This document shows, piece by piece, positions 49,238 to 62,259 of a stretch of 64,000 bases of DNA. Source of the DNA: Isurus oxyrinchus (taxonomy: Eukaryota); contig JANJGN010000059.1 of NCBI GenBank assembly GCA_026770705.1, forward strand, positions 2,170,001 through 2,234,000, given 5' to 3'. The notes beneath the pieces were generated by a model. It was not told the DNA's origin. It searched no databases and was given only the letters and a program-made list of their open reading frames with translations. The translations under genes and the position numbers were made by a program. The number at the start of each line of letters is the position of its first letter. Within the stretch, counting starts at the first letter, position 1.

Positions 49238-49460
49238 TAATGCGGGTGCTGAAAATCTGAAGCAAAAAATATATGCTTGGAAACTCAGCAGTTCTGACAA
49301 CATCTGTGGAGAGAAAGACAATATTAGTGTATGGACTCCGCATGACTCCTCTTGGGAGCTCTGAAGAAGAGTCATACGGACTCGAAACTTTAACTCAGTC
49401 TTTCTCTCCACACATTCTGTCAGACCTGTTGAGATTTTCCAGCATTTTTTTTTTGTTTTT
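49238..49460. mobile_element. Old fold-back Penelope pLTR element
   Basis: Imperfect inverted arms (ggaaactcagcagttctgacaacatctgtggagagaaagac / gtctttctctccacacattctgtcagacctgttgagattttcc) around a hammerhead motif. Confidence 0.8.
49356..49396 (+). ncRNA. Minimal hammerhead motif with canonical CUGAAGA core
   Basis: GAGCT-CTGAAGA-A-GAGTC/atacg/GACTC-GAAA-CTTT-AACTC. Confidence 0.7.
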
Positions 49461-49679
49461 TGTACATGACTGTTCCACTTTGACTAACAGTGTATTAACA
49501 TTCAATCTCTTTTGATGCAGCTGCTATTTTTAAACACACTTACAAACTGCTTAGACTTATATTCTCATTTCACAACAAGCACTGCCATGTACTATTTTTA
49601 CACAGAGATCAGATTGATGACAGAACATTAACAAGGTATTTCCTAAAGAAAAAATAGTCTCTACCGGAGCAACAATTTC

Positions 49680-49698
49680 TCTCTCTCACACTCTTTCA

Positions 49699-49732
<34 letters not shown>

Positions 49733-50200
49733 GGAAGAGGAACAGGCTGACAGACACAGGCACTGACACAAAACAGGCTCACCTTCAGTGCTCTCCCACT
49801 GTAGGATGCTGTCATGTTCACATTGCACAGAAACACACTGCAAACACGCACACATATAAAAAGACACAAACGTACATGCGGACAGAAACATATATGGATG
49901 CGTGCACTCCAATAGGCACGCACAAACACACACAAACACATATACACACGCACACAAAAATCATACATGCAGACAGCCACACACACAGGCAGACATTTCC
50001 TCAAAGACGCACCCACGGACATGTACGCACGCACGGACACATAGACGGTCAGGCACTCAAACAGAAACAGACGCACACAGCCACAGACATATGCACAAAC
50101 ACACACACACATTGCCACACACATTCGCACACACAGACGGACAGAAACTTAAAAAGACATATTTACTCACACACTCAAATACACACGTGTGTACAACCTC
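49680..50200. repeat. CA-rich degenerate microsatellite
   Basis: Visible composition. Confidence 0.85.
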
Positions 50201-50230
50201 GCCTTCAGCAATCTCCCTCGGCTGGGGTTT

Positions 50231-50523
50231 NNNNNNNNNNNNNNNNNNNNNNNNNNNNNNNNNNNNNNNNNNNNNNNNNNNNNNNNNNNNNNNNNNNNNN
50301 NNNNNNNNNNNNNNNNNNNNNNNNNNNNNNNNNNNNNNNNNNNNNNNNNNNNNNNNNNNNNNNNNNNNNNNNNNNNNNNNNNNNNNNNNNNNNNNNNNNN
50401 NNNNNNNNNNNNNNNNNNNNNNNNNNNNNNNNNNNNNNNNNNNNNNNNNNNNNNNNNNNNNNNNNNNNNNNNNNNNNNNNNNNNNNNNNNNNNNNNNNNN
50501 NNNNNNNNNNNNNNNNNNNNNNN
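50231..50523. other. Assembly gap (293 N)
   Basis: Run of N. Confidence 1.
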
Positions 50524-50799
50524 TTTGGTTGCTAAGTTGGGCTTCAGACCCTATGCAGAGGAATACAATTGTATGGGTTTCTTTTATTGGACATAATAAC
50601 TGATCCACAGGGTGTAATGTTCGATCTGACTTGGAAAAGTGAACTTGATAGCCAACACACAGACGGGTAAATTTAGTGTAAATCGTGAATTGGTCATGAT
50701 AACGAATATTAAGGATATAAAGTAAAGCTAATTGTTGTATTGGTCTTGAAAACATTACATGGGGAGAAAAGAAAGGTATATCGGTATTTCAGCTGAAAA

Positions 50800-52650
50800 G
50801 CAACTAAATCAGAACATGTTTGAACTGTGAGGAGGATAGAATAGCATTTCCAAAGGGCAAGGACAAGTTAGTGGAATGGATTGGCAGGTGGTAGATGAAG
50901 TTCAATGCAAATAGATGCAAAATGATTCATTTTAGTAGCGAGAACATGAGGAGAGACAGCCCAAATGAAGGATATATCTCTGAAGGGGGTATGAGCAGAG
51001 GGACAAGACATTGAAGGTGGCGGTATACTTTGAGAAATCAGTAACTAAAGCAAGACAGTATTTATCGTAAAATAGAGTATAAGTGCAAGGAAATTAGTCC
51101 AACTTGTACAAATCACGAGTTTGGACTCTAGTTGAAGTATTGCGTCGAGCTCTGGGCAAGGAATGTGAAGTTACTGTGTAGAGGACAGATAAGATTCAGG
51201 AGAATGTTTCCAGGTTTGAGCTTGGAGAAGTTACAGGGATTGGTGTAGGGTCCCTTGCTGTTTGTGGTATATATAAACGATTTAGAATTGAATGTAGGAT
51301 GGTTGATCATTAAGTTCGCGATGACACGACTATTGTTGGGGTGGTAAATAGTGCCAAGGATAGCCCCAGATTAAAGGAGGATATAGACGCGCTGGTCAGA
51401 TGGGCTGATCATTGGCAAATGGAATTTAACCCGGGTAAGTGTGAGGTGATTCACTTGGGCAGGACAATTAAGGCACGGGAGTACATGATGAATTGTACCT
51501 GGGAAGTGCCGAGGATCAGTGGGACCTGGGTGTGCATATCCACCGGTCCCTTAAGGTAGCGGAATATGTAGATATGATGGTTAACAAGACATATGGGATA
51601 CTTGCGATATTAGATGAGGCATAGAGTATAACAGCAGGGATGTTATGCTTGAAATATATAAAACGCTGTTCAGGCCACAGCTAGAGTATTGTGTGCAGTT
51701 CTGATATCTGCATTATGGGAAGGATGTCATTCCACTAGAGGGAGTGCAGAGGAGATTTACCAGGATGTTGCCCGGACTGGACAGCTTTAGTTATGAAGCG
51801 AGATTAGATAGACTGGGTTTTGTTTCCCTGGAAGAGAGCAGATTGAAGGGGGTGATGATTGTGTGTATAGAATTATGAGGTGCATAGATGGGGTAGACAG
51901 GAAGGAGCTCATCCCCTCGGTGGAGGGATCCATAACCAGTGGACAATGATTTAAGGTAAGGGGCAGGAGGTTTAGTGGGGATGAGAGGAATTTTTTTTCA
52001 ACCAGAGGATGTTGGGCATCTGGAACTCACTGCCTGAAAGGGTGGTTGAATCAAAAATCCTCATAACATGTAAGATATGTTTGGATGTGCACTTGTGATG
52101 CCAAGGCATACAAGGCTTTGGGCCTGGTGCTGGAAAGTGTGTTTAGAATAGTTAAGTACTTGTCTGTCTGGCACAGATTCGATGGGCCGAAAAGGGCCTT
52201 TTTCTGTGCTGTTGACACCTATGACTCTATGAATCTAAGTTAGGATTGTTTTCCTTGAAGAAGAGAAGGCTGAGAGGATATTTGATATGGCTATTTAGAA
52301 TCATGAGTGATCCTTATTAAAACAAGGGGAAACGGTTCATTTTCGTGGAAACACTCAGGGTGAGGAAGCTCAGTATTAAGGTCATCAGGAAAAGAAACAC
52401 TGATAACATTAAATATTATGTTTTCTCACAGCGAGTGGTTTTGGATCTGTAAAACAGTGACTGAGAGCTGGGGGAGGCAGGTTGAAATGAAGCATTCATT
52501 CGGGAATTAGACTGTTATCTGAAAATGAAGAAAGTGCAGGTTATGGGGGGAAGGCTGGAGAATAGAACTTGGTGAGTTGCTCATTGAGAGAGTCGGTGCA
52601 GACACGATGGGCCAAATGGCCGCCTTCAACTTGGTAACAGTTCTGTGATT
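50800..52650 (+). mobile_element. CR1 fragments paralogous to 430-2391
   Basis: LKEDIDALVRWADHWQMEFNPGKCEVIHLGR; tail 'ctatgactctatga' at ~52219-52232. Confidence 0.88.
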
Positions 52651-53290
52651 CTGATATTTAACTTGATCCTTCCATTTCCCTGTGTCCCTCCTATTTCAAT
52701 CGCTGAATTTCTGCCTTTCGGTTCCAGCTTTAATTAGAATCAGTGAAATATAGTTGCACAGCCGTAATTCCCGGGGCCGCTCTGCTTTAAGGATCATTGA
52801 CCAACCTCCAGCCAGGATCACGCATAATGATGTCATGACGGTGGGTTGTTGGTGATCCTTTCAGAATCGAAGCAATTGGGCCGAATTTCGATTGGCCAAT
52901 GATCTGCAAGCAACTCTGCGATTGACAGCAGCGTAAGCCAATGGCTAAGTGGGCAGGGATAGGTTTTGCTGAGATGTGAAAGGCGCTCAGCTAGTGGTCA
53001 GATTTTGAAGTGGGATTTTCATTACTCCAGGAAATTCCAGGGCTGTTGCATCTCTTCGATTGGATATTAGAGCTGTCACTCTCATGCTGAAACGCTCCAA
53101 TCAGGCAGGGCAGGTGTCCCTCACACCTTCGGGACTCTCCATTTGTTTGAGGAGCTATCAGTCAATTATTGAACGAATATGATTGAACAAAATTCCGTGT
53201 TAGATGGTAGGAATTGGTTTGTGGTGTCTGATTAATTGAAGTGCTGGCCGCAGCAGCCGGAATTCTCTGATTGGCTGAGGTGTCTGACAG

Positions 53291-54192
53291 TCAGGTTTTT
53301 TTCTTCATTAATTGAATAATTGATGTAACCGGATAATTCACCGCTTTCTTCATCTGCTCCCGGAACTTGGACTGAGTCACAGCGTAAATAAATGTGTTTG
53401 TGCAACAACTTAAATTCAGCAGCATCAATCCGACTTGTTGTAAGATATATTCAGGATAGGTGAGGTAAATTAACCCTCTCAGATCAATATAGAAGAATTT
53501 TATAACAAACACCGACCACAGGAGGATGAATGTGCCGGATATGGTGAAGAGTAAAATCATAGACTTCCTCCTGCTCTCCATCTCTGGGTCACTGTGATTC
53601 TCTCCCTTATTCTGAGCCCTCAGTCCCTTCCGGACTCGACTGGTCACTAAAATGTATCTGACTGTCAGAGCGTTGATCAGCAGAATTAAACCGAATGGGA
53701 GCAATGGGTTTAAAACTTTATCAAACCAGTTAAATCCAACCCATCCGGGATCAGTAAAAATGCTTGGCTTTGCCAAACAGCCCCATGGTACATCGTTGAT
53801 TATCTGTCCAGGATCCAGTGTAAAGTATTGGGGGATGTTTTTTAAACTGAGCAGGATACCGGTTGTCGCTTGAACCACAGCCGCTGTTTTCCCGGTGCAA
53901 TATTCTGTTTTCAGCTTCGGGCAACGAATGGCCACAAATCGATCAAAGGAGAAAGTGACGGTGAACCAGACAGAACAGTCCAGGGCTGCAACCTGCAGGA
54001 CAGCACGAACACGACACACAGGAGTGAGGTACAGGAAACTCAGTGGGAAATAATAATAATTGATCTTGTTCAGTATGACGTTTGTGATAATGACCAGTAG
54101 ATCCGCCGTTGCCATGGCCACCAGGTAGCGAGTGGTGCAGGTGGAGAGGCCGCACTTTCCCCGGGACAGGATCACAATTCCCAGTAAATTAA
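53291..54192 (-). CDS. GPR139/GPR142-like GPCR gene C, exon 2 (intact; spliced product 321 aa)
   Basis: Acceptor 'ctctctctgacAG' at 54194-54193; 7TM motifs ATADLL, SFDRFVAI, NPLLPF, NTFIY; clear paralog of exon 2A. Confidence 0.93.
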
Positions 54193-54469
54193 CTGTCAGA
54201 GAGAGGGGAGAAGGGCCTGGAAATTATTGATTAAACATTCTCCATGTCTGTCCCTCACAGGGAGGACAGGATTTCAGTAGTAAAACAGAGTTTGGTCACA
54301 GGAGAACAGGCAGGCGACTGGCTGGTGAGTATTTCAGCTTTTAGCTTTGTTTTTAGATTGAAATTAGCAGCTGAGTTACAATCACTTGTTGATTATTATT
54401 AACTTTAGTAATTTAATGATTGGGGGAAATTAAACAAACAATAAAGGCGAAACAACAAAAAAGAGCCAG

Positions 54470-57450
54470 ACGTGAGCGGGTGTTTAAAGAGCTGGAGTTT
54501 ACCTGTGAGGGAGCGGAGCGGCTGTATAAAGAGCAAGAGAGGAGCGGGTGCATATAGAGCAGGAGTTTACCTGTGAGGCAGTGGAGCGGCTCTATAAAGA
54601 GCGATGCGGAGTTTACCTGTGAGGGAGTGGAGCGGCTGTATAGAGAGCGATGCAGATTTTACCTGTCCGGGAGCCTGTTCTCACGCAGGCACTGGGTGGT
54701 GCTGGAATTCGAAAGGAGTGATGTCAGGACAAGGGAGAGAGCTGGTTTGTAGTTAGTGAGTAAGGTGCTTTATTTTTTCTCCATTTTAAAAATACATTAC
54801 AGTAGCTAACAGTCATTTGACTTTATTTTGCCAGAAAAAAGTTAAATCGTTTTTTCATTTGGCTTAAATTTAGGGAAACAGTTTTTTTAAATAGAAATCA
54901 AACAAAACGTATGGCAAAGGGACTCAGTCACGTGATTTGCATGGGGATTCTTCGACACGCATTGCAATGTGGATGACCACATGTGCAGGAAGTGCCACTG
55001 GATTCACCAGCTTGAGCAATGGGTTTCAGAGTGTTAGCGTCAGCTGGAGACACAACGGTGCATCCGCAAGACTGAGAGTTAGGTGGATAGAACCTTTTTA
55101 GATGTGGTCACTCAGCAGCTTGAGGAAGTGCAGGAATGGGTGACCACCAGTCAGAAGAAGGGAGACAGGCATGAAATGTGGAAAGCCACAGGTATGTAAT
55201 AAGGAAAGAACCAGGCAGGTAATGCAGAAACCCTGTTTATCTGTGTTTCAAAAGGCTAAGGGTGAATATTGCTCTGGAGAGTGCAACCAGAGTCAAATTC
55301 CAGACACTGTGGGTGTCTCAGCTGCACAAGTGGGGAGGGGTAAGATTGCAAGAGTAATAATGGTTGGAGACTAAATAGTGAGGAGTGCAGACAGGAGCTT
55401 CTCCAGCTGTAGACGTGACTCCAGGATGGTGTGTTGCCTCCTTGGTAGCAAGGTCAAGGATATCACAGAACAGTTGCAGGGCATTCTGAAGAGGGAGGGA
55501 AAACTCAGAGGTCGTAGTTCACATTGGTGCTAACGAATTAGAAAGAAGGATGAGGTCCTGCAAAATGAATTTAGGGAGCTAGGCAGCAGATTAAAAAGCA
55601 GGACCTCAAAGGTTGCAACATCTGGATGGCCCACTTGTCACATGAAAGTGAGTATAGGAATATGAGGATAGAGAAGATGAATGCGTGGCTGAAGAAATGT
55701 TGAGGGCGGGTGAGGCCTTCTGGCTCCTTGACAGGGTATGTTTCTGGTGAAGTTGGCACTTGTACACATCGGACAGGTTGCACCTGAACTGGCACAGGAG
55801 CAACATCTTTGTGGGGAGGTTTGCTAGTGATGTTGGGGTGGTGTTGTGGGTGGAGGGTAAAACTAATTTGTTATTTTTATGTAATAATGAGTGAAGGTAA
55901 AGTAGAGGGCGGTGCACAGCCTAATATAGAAGAGGAACTCAGTGAGTCTGGAAGGCAGAGCCAACGTAGACCTGTTAAGGCACAGGGGAATAATGCAAGG
56001 CTGGGTCGCTGCTATTGTAATGAAAGGAGTCTTAAAAGTAGGGCAGATGAATTGAGGGTGCTGATTAACACATGGGAATATGATATTGTTGCTGTCACAG
56101 AGACATGGTTGGTGGTGGCGCAGGACTGGCAGCTCAATGTTCCAGGGTATAGAGTGTTCAGGCATAACAGGGGCTGATGGCGACTTGGTGGTGGGAGTTT
56201 AAAATGGAAGTTGGCATTGCACGATTGATCAAGAAGTAAATTAATGCCATAAGGAGTGATGGTATTTTAGAAGGTTCCTCAAATGAGGCCATCTGTAGAG
56301 AACTTAAATACAGTCAGCAATCACTTTGCTGGGGGTGCACTAAATGCCTCCAAAGAGTCAGGGGGGCTAGAGGAGCAGATATGTAGGAAAATCTCAGAGA
56401 TTTGTACAAGGGTAATAATAGTAGGAAATTTCAATTCACCAATGTTAACTTGGATAGTCTTAGTGTGAGAGGCTTCGATATGGTGGAATTCTTAAAGTGC
56501 TTGAAAGAGAGCTTTTTGAGCCAACGCTAAAACCCTACGAGAGAAGGGGCGGCACTGGACCTAATCTTAGGGAATGAAGCCAGGAAAGTGGTATAAGTGT
56601 CAGTGGGGGAAAGCATTTTGGGGACAGAGACCATAGTTCTTGTGGTTTTAAGGTAGTTATTGAAAATGACAAAGATGGCTTGTAAATAAAGGTCCTGAAA
56701 TTGGGGAAGGCTGACTTCAATATTTTATGACAGGATGTGGCCAAAGTGGACTGGGAGCAGCTAATTGTAGGAAAGTCTCCAACAGGCCCGCGGGAGTCAT
56801 TCAGAAAGGAAATAGTGAGAGTTCAGGGCCAACATGTTCCCGTAGAGGTGAGGGGTAGGACAAACAATTCCAGGGGATATTGGTTGTCAAGGGATATAGA
56901 GGATTGGATAAGGAAAAAGAAAAGTGACTGATGGTAGATACAGGGGGGTTAACACAGCGCGGAAGCCCTGGAGAAGCATAAAAAGTGCGTGGTGGGGGAG
57001 GGGTGTGGTAGTTAACAAGTAGTTAGGAGAGCGAACAGGAGACATTACCAAACACTGGCGGGAAAGGTAAAGGAAAAACCAAGGCATTTTATAAATATAT
57101 TCAGGGCCTGAGGATAACCAGGGAAAGAGTAGGACCCATCAGGGAACAAAGTGGCAGATTGTGCTGTAACCGAAGGACGTAGGTGAGGTTATAAACGCTT
57201 ACTTTTCATCTGTGATGACTATGGAGAGGACGATGTAGGTGTTGAAATCAGGGAGGGGGACTGTGATATACTTGAACACAATAGCATTGAAAGGGTCGAG
57301 GTATTAGTGTTTTTTGCTTGAAAGTGGATAATTACACAGGCCCAGATGAGATGTATCCCAGGCTGTAATATGAGGTAAGGGAGGAGTGTGCAATGTCTCT
57401 GAAGCTTATTTTCAAATTATCTGGACATTTGAGGGGTGCCAATATACTGG
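54470..57450 (+). mobile_element. Decayed CR1 LINE with 5' UTR, ORF1 and endonuclease region, antisense in the gene C intron
   Basis: ORF1 CRKC/coiled-coil and SGNH-like VIMVGD*IVR..DSRMVCCL; EN RSLKSRADELRVLINTWEYDIVAVTETWL; GPDEMYPRL. Confidence 0.88.
54494..54670 (+). repeat. ~46-bp tandem monomers at the CR1 5' end
   Basis: 'ggagtttacctgtgagg..g.ggagcggct.tata.agagc' at 54494, 54562, 54608 and a partial at ~54654. Confidence 0.85.
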
Positions 57451-57469
57451 AGAAGAGTGAGATAGGAGA

Positions 57470-57705
57470 AGCGTGGCCATTAACAGTGAGAGAGTGAGTG
57501 AGGAGCAACGGGGCCATTAGCAGTGAGAGACTGAGAGAGGAGAAGCGGGGCCATTAGCAGTGAGAGAGTGAGAGAGGAGAAGCGGGGCCATTAGCAGTGA
57601 GAGAGTGAGAGAGGAGAAGTGGGGCCATTAGCAGTGAGAGAGTGAGAGAGGAGAAGCGGGGCCATTAGCAGTGAGAGAGTGAGAGAGGAGAAGCGGGGCC
57701 ATTAG
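57470..57705. repeat. 37-bp minisatellite (~6 units)
   Basis: Unit 'agaagcggggccattagcagtgagagagtgagagagg'; degenerate units resume at 58025-58200 after a CR1 3' end. Confidence 0.92.
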
Positions 57706-58229
57706 GAGCAAGAGACTGTAAGAGAAGCTGCAAGAGAAGCAGTGAGGCTGTTAGCAGGATTTGAGAAGCGAGAGGGAAATCACCCGGAATGATGTTGGAA
57801 TCTGCAGCACACTGCCTGAGGGGGTGGTAGAGGCAGGAACACTCACAAGATTTAAGAAGTATTTAGATGAGCACTTGAAACAGCCTCACATACAGCGTTA
57901 GGGGCCAAGTGCTGGTAAATGGGATTAGAATAGATAGGTACTTGATGCCTGGCACGGTCATGATGGGCCGAAGGGCCTGTTTCTGTGCTGTATAACTCGT
58001 ATACTCCGTGACCCTCTGACTCGATGAGTGAGAGAGGAACAGAGCAGGCACTGAGAGTGGGAGAGTGCGAGAAACAGCGGTGCCATTAACAGTGAGGGAG
58101 CAGAAGGAACAGCGGGGACATTAACAGTGAGACAGTGTGAGTTGAGTGAGCGACCATTGGAGCACATGGAGAGAGTGGCCACAGAGCATTACTGAGCAGG
58201 GGAAGAGGAGAGAGCATGAAGCCAAGAGA

Positions 58230-59210
58230 TCATTAAACCTAACAGCTGAAGTAGGCTATTCAGACAACGAATCTGTTCACCATTTAATGAGGTCATTGCT
58301 GACATGATAATCTTCAACTCCACTTTCCTTCCATTTTGCAGAACCTTTTGTTACCTTTTTGTTAAAAATCTGCCTATCTCAGCCTTGAATATAATGAGAG
58401 ACCCAGCCTTCAACACCATCAACAGTAAATAATCCACAGATTCACTACGATCTGAGTGAAGAAATTCCTCCTGGAAAAACTCAGCAAGTCTGGCAGCATT
58501 GGCGGTTCTGTTTTTGTTTTGGATTTCCAGCATCTGCAGTTTTTTTGTTTTTAAGTTCCTCCTGGTCTCTCTGTTAAATAGGCAACCCCTAACTCTGAGA
58601 TTATGCCCTCTGGTCCCCGACCCTCCGCAAGGGGAATCAACTTCTTAGCATCTACCCTGCCAAGCTCCCCAAGAATCTTATTTGTTTCAATAAAGCTGCA
58701 TCTCATTCTTCCAGACCCCAGTGAGTACAGATCTAATCTCCTCAACCTCTCCACAGAAGAAAATCCCTCCATTCCCGGCTCAATCTAGTGATATTTCTGT
58801 GGGCAGCCTCTAATGTCAGTATATACTTCCTTAGATAAGGGGCCAAAACTGTTTACGGTATTCTAGGCATGGCCTAACTTATGCTGTGCAAAGTGTTACC
58901 AAGACCACCCAATGTTTTCCTCCATTACCTTTGAATAAATGCCAACAATCCTGTCACCTTCCCTATTACCTGCTGAAATTATATGTTTGTTTTTTTTGGG
59001 GGGTATTCATGCAGACGGACTCCCAAATCCCTCTGTGCTGCAGCTTCCTGTAGTCTTTCCCCATTTAAATAATATTCAGCTCCTCTATTCTTCGTGCCAC
59101 AGTGCATAACCTCACATTTTCCCACGTTATATTCCAGCTGCCAAGTGCTTGCCCACTGACTTAACCTATCTCTACCCCTCTGTGGAAACTGTGTGTCATC
59201 TTCACCACTT
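58230..59210 (-). mobile_element. CR1 ORF2 3' fragment
   Basis: WASTWQLEYNVGKCEVMHCG..QRDLGV; MEGFSSVERLRRLDLYSL. Confidence 0.88.
58475..58555. mobile_element. Rearranged Penelope pLTR mini-insertion with 10-bp TSD
   Basis: Inverted pLTR piece + forward tail; TSD ttcctcctgg at 58465-58474 and 58556-58565. Confidence 0.82.
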
Positions 59211-59619
59211 GTGGCAAAGGTTAGTCGCAAGCCAGAATTATGATCTTTTTTAAACCAAGAAAAGGTAAACAAAAATACATTAAAGATTGGGAAAATAAAC
59301 ATGACTGCATAGGCAGAATGACCTCCATCTGCTCTGATCTCTTCTGGCTTTATAAAACAATCAAAAAGAACATTGGAACACAGTGAGAGCGATGCCGAAT
59401 TGCTAAAATATCAGGAACAGGTTGACATCTGTTTCTGTTGGAGCAGCTCAATAGGAAATGGAGCTAAATCCAGACATTTAACATCATACACTCACTACCA
59501 AATATCTTCAACCAACATCAAAACGCTTCCTGTTGTCAAACGATACATTGAGCAATAACTAGCAGGTCTTATAAAAACGTTACGTAGCAGCTGCTTTAAA
59601 TATTTTAAAAATTGAAGAG

Positions 59620-60810
59620 AGAGGCTTAAGTGAATTAATGCCTCTTAGAGAATGAGTCTGTGAAAATGAGAATGGGGAACCAGGAAATGGCAGAGGAGTT
59701 GAATTAATGCTTTGCATCAGTCTTCATGGTAGACGACACCAATCACATTCCAGAAATACTAAATAATCAGGGGAAAATGGGGGAAGGGAATAAAGAAATA
59801 ACGATCACTAGAGAAAAAGTGATCAAGAAACGAATGGAACTAAAAGCTGATAAATCCCAGATGGGTTGCATCCTAGGATATTAAAGGAAGTATCTGTGCA
59901 AATAATGGATTCATTGATAGTAATCTTCCAAGAATCGTTTGATTGTGGAAAAGACTCAGAAGATTGGAAATCTGCCAAAGTAACAACCTTATTCAAAAAG
60001 GGAGGGAGAGAAAAAGCTCAGGTAACTACAGGCCAAAGAGATTAACATGCACTATTGGGAAAACGTTAGAGTCTATTACAAGGAATCTGAAAGCAGAGCA
60101 TTTAAAATACACAATATAATCAAGCAGAGTTAGCATGGCTTGATGATGGGGAAATTGTGCCTGGCAAATTTATTAGAATTATTTGAGGAAGTAAAAAGCA
60201 GAATGGATAAAGGGGAAACAGGATATGCAATATTCTTGTATTTCCCAAAAGACATTCATTAAGGTACCAGACACACGGCTGCTTAATAAGATAAGAGCTC
60301 ATGGTCTTGGGGGTAGTACACTAGCATGGATAGAGGATTTGCTAACTAATAGAAGACAGAGAGCTGAGATAAGGGAGGCATTTTCAGAATAGTAAACTGT
60401 AAGTCGTGGAGCGCCACAGGGATCGGTGCTGGGACCACAGTTACTGACAATATATATTAATGGTTTATATGATGGAAGTGAATGTACTATCACCAAATTT
60501 CCAGTTATCACACAAATTGGTGCGAAGGCAAGTGGTGAGGAAGACTCAAAGGGCCTACAGGGGCATACAGAAATGTTAAGTGAGTTGGCAAAACATGGCA
60601 GATGCCATATATTATCAGAAACTGTGGGTTTATGCACGTTGGCAGGAAGAATAGAGGAGCTGAATATTACTTAAATGGAGAAAGACTGCAGAAAGCTGCA
60701 GCAGAGAGGGATTTGGGAGCCCACGCACATGAATATGAAAACGTTAATTTCAGCAGGTGATAGGGAAGGGAAATAAAATGTTGGCTTTAATTTCAAAGGG
60801 ATTGGATTAT
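59620..60810 (+). mobile_element. CR1 ORF2 RT fragment
   Basis: DGLHPRILKE, GNYRP, GAPQGSVLGPQLLTIYIN. Confidence 0.88.
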
Positions 60811-60814
60811 AACT

Positions 60815-61290
60815 TGGAGTAATTCTGTTCTGGTTACTGACCTACACTCAATGCCATTCAGCACTGTCAGATATAACCATAAATAATTGTTGACTGGAGT
60901 CAGTTATTCCACTCTGGTTACTAACCCACACATAGTACAATTTGACACTATCAGATACAGTAATTGAAAGATTAGTGACTGTCGTCAGGCATTGAATTGT
61001 GTTTACTAACCCACAATTAAGACAATTTGACACGAACAGATAAAGTCAGTGAATGGTTGGTGACTGGAGTCAAGGTATTCCACTCTGGTTATTGACACAC
61101 ACTTAGTACAATTTGACATTAACATATAGACTCAAAAACACATGGCCACTGGAGTGAGGTGTTCCAATCTGGTTACTAACACATACTTAGGACAATTTGA
61201 CACGTACAGGCACAGTCTGTGACAGAGTGGTGACTGTGGCCAGGTATTCCACTGATTAATGACCCACACTCAGGGTGATTTTCCTCTGAC
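60815..61290 (-). repeat. Degenerate ~84-bp tandem repeat (6 units) in intron 1 of gene C
   Basis: 'tggttactaacccacac..agtacaatttgacac' cores at ~60831, 60915, 61000, 61086, 61170, 61253. Confidence 0.8.
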
Positions 61291-61604
61291 TCCCACTAAA
61301 CATTCCTTCAGAGATTTTGCCTTCACTAAGGTCTACCTTAACATTACACAATTTTCCACTGAATACTAGGACATAATTCATCAGAGAGCTTGCGAGTAAC
61401 AATCAAAGGTTTATTTTCATTTGACAAAATTGAATAAAGCTGCAGTGACATTCAATACATTTTAATTCAGCAAATTATATCGCTGATTCAGTGTGTCTAT
61501 GACAGTGAGCACCAGATCAGCATGTAATATTTTCAGTCACAGTTTAAAATGAGAGAGCTGCTCACATACAGATTTAGACAACTTCAGTAGTTATGGTCAC
61601 TCAC

Positions 61605-61668
61605 CAGGAACACCTATAACAGCAAGGATTGTGTAGAATATTTTCTCAGCCACATCAATTGATAGCAT
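61605..61668 (-). CDS. GPCR gene C, exon 1
   Basis: MLSIDVAEKIFYTILAVIGVP+g then a GTGAGT donor; 64+902 nt = 322 codons in frame. Confidence 0.9.
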
Positions 61669-61754
61669 CGTTTCAGTGCGAAGTGATGTGCCCCTTTGTG
61701 CTGCTGGTAATCTCTGCCTTAAATGCTGAGGTGATACATTCCCAAAGCCTTTAA

Positions 61755-61760
61755 TTTATA
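61755..61760 (-). promoter_or_regulatory. Putative TATA box of gene C
   Basis: TATAAA in the same conserved block as 17198-17203. Confidence 0.7.
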
Positions 61761-62259
61761 CCCTGTGGGATCTCCTCAGGGACGTTGAAATTGCAACATT
61801 GTTCAAATTGCTTTTTAAAATATATGAACAAACAGATAATGACTTTGAGTTGAGTGAAACACAATATTTATTTTTAAATGGAGCTCCCAGGATCCAAGGA
61901 CTGGACTCTACTTATCAAAGTAATTAACTAATAAAAAAAACAAGAGCTGTGTTCAACCGAATAATATGCTGTCCACTCAATAACCATCAATCCCTCATCT
62001 AGATCTCCTATTGTTTCAGTGATATCCGTCACTTGACTGTTACCATGTATTGATTGAATTCCAAATGTTAGACTGCCTCTCTCCACGCTGTTCTATTACA
62101 CCCTGTGGTGTAACTGTCCTCTTTAACTGTGGACATTCAGTTGTGCGATTACAGTGGGTTAAGAGTGGCAGTGTATTACTAAATTCAATGAATTAAATAT
62201 CTGGAAATATTCAAAATCCCTCAAAAATTGATTCCACACCACAATCAAATGTGAAACTA

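Noticed and set aside
49876-50755. ORFs of 135-233 aa
   Set aside because: They run through the N gap.
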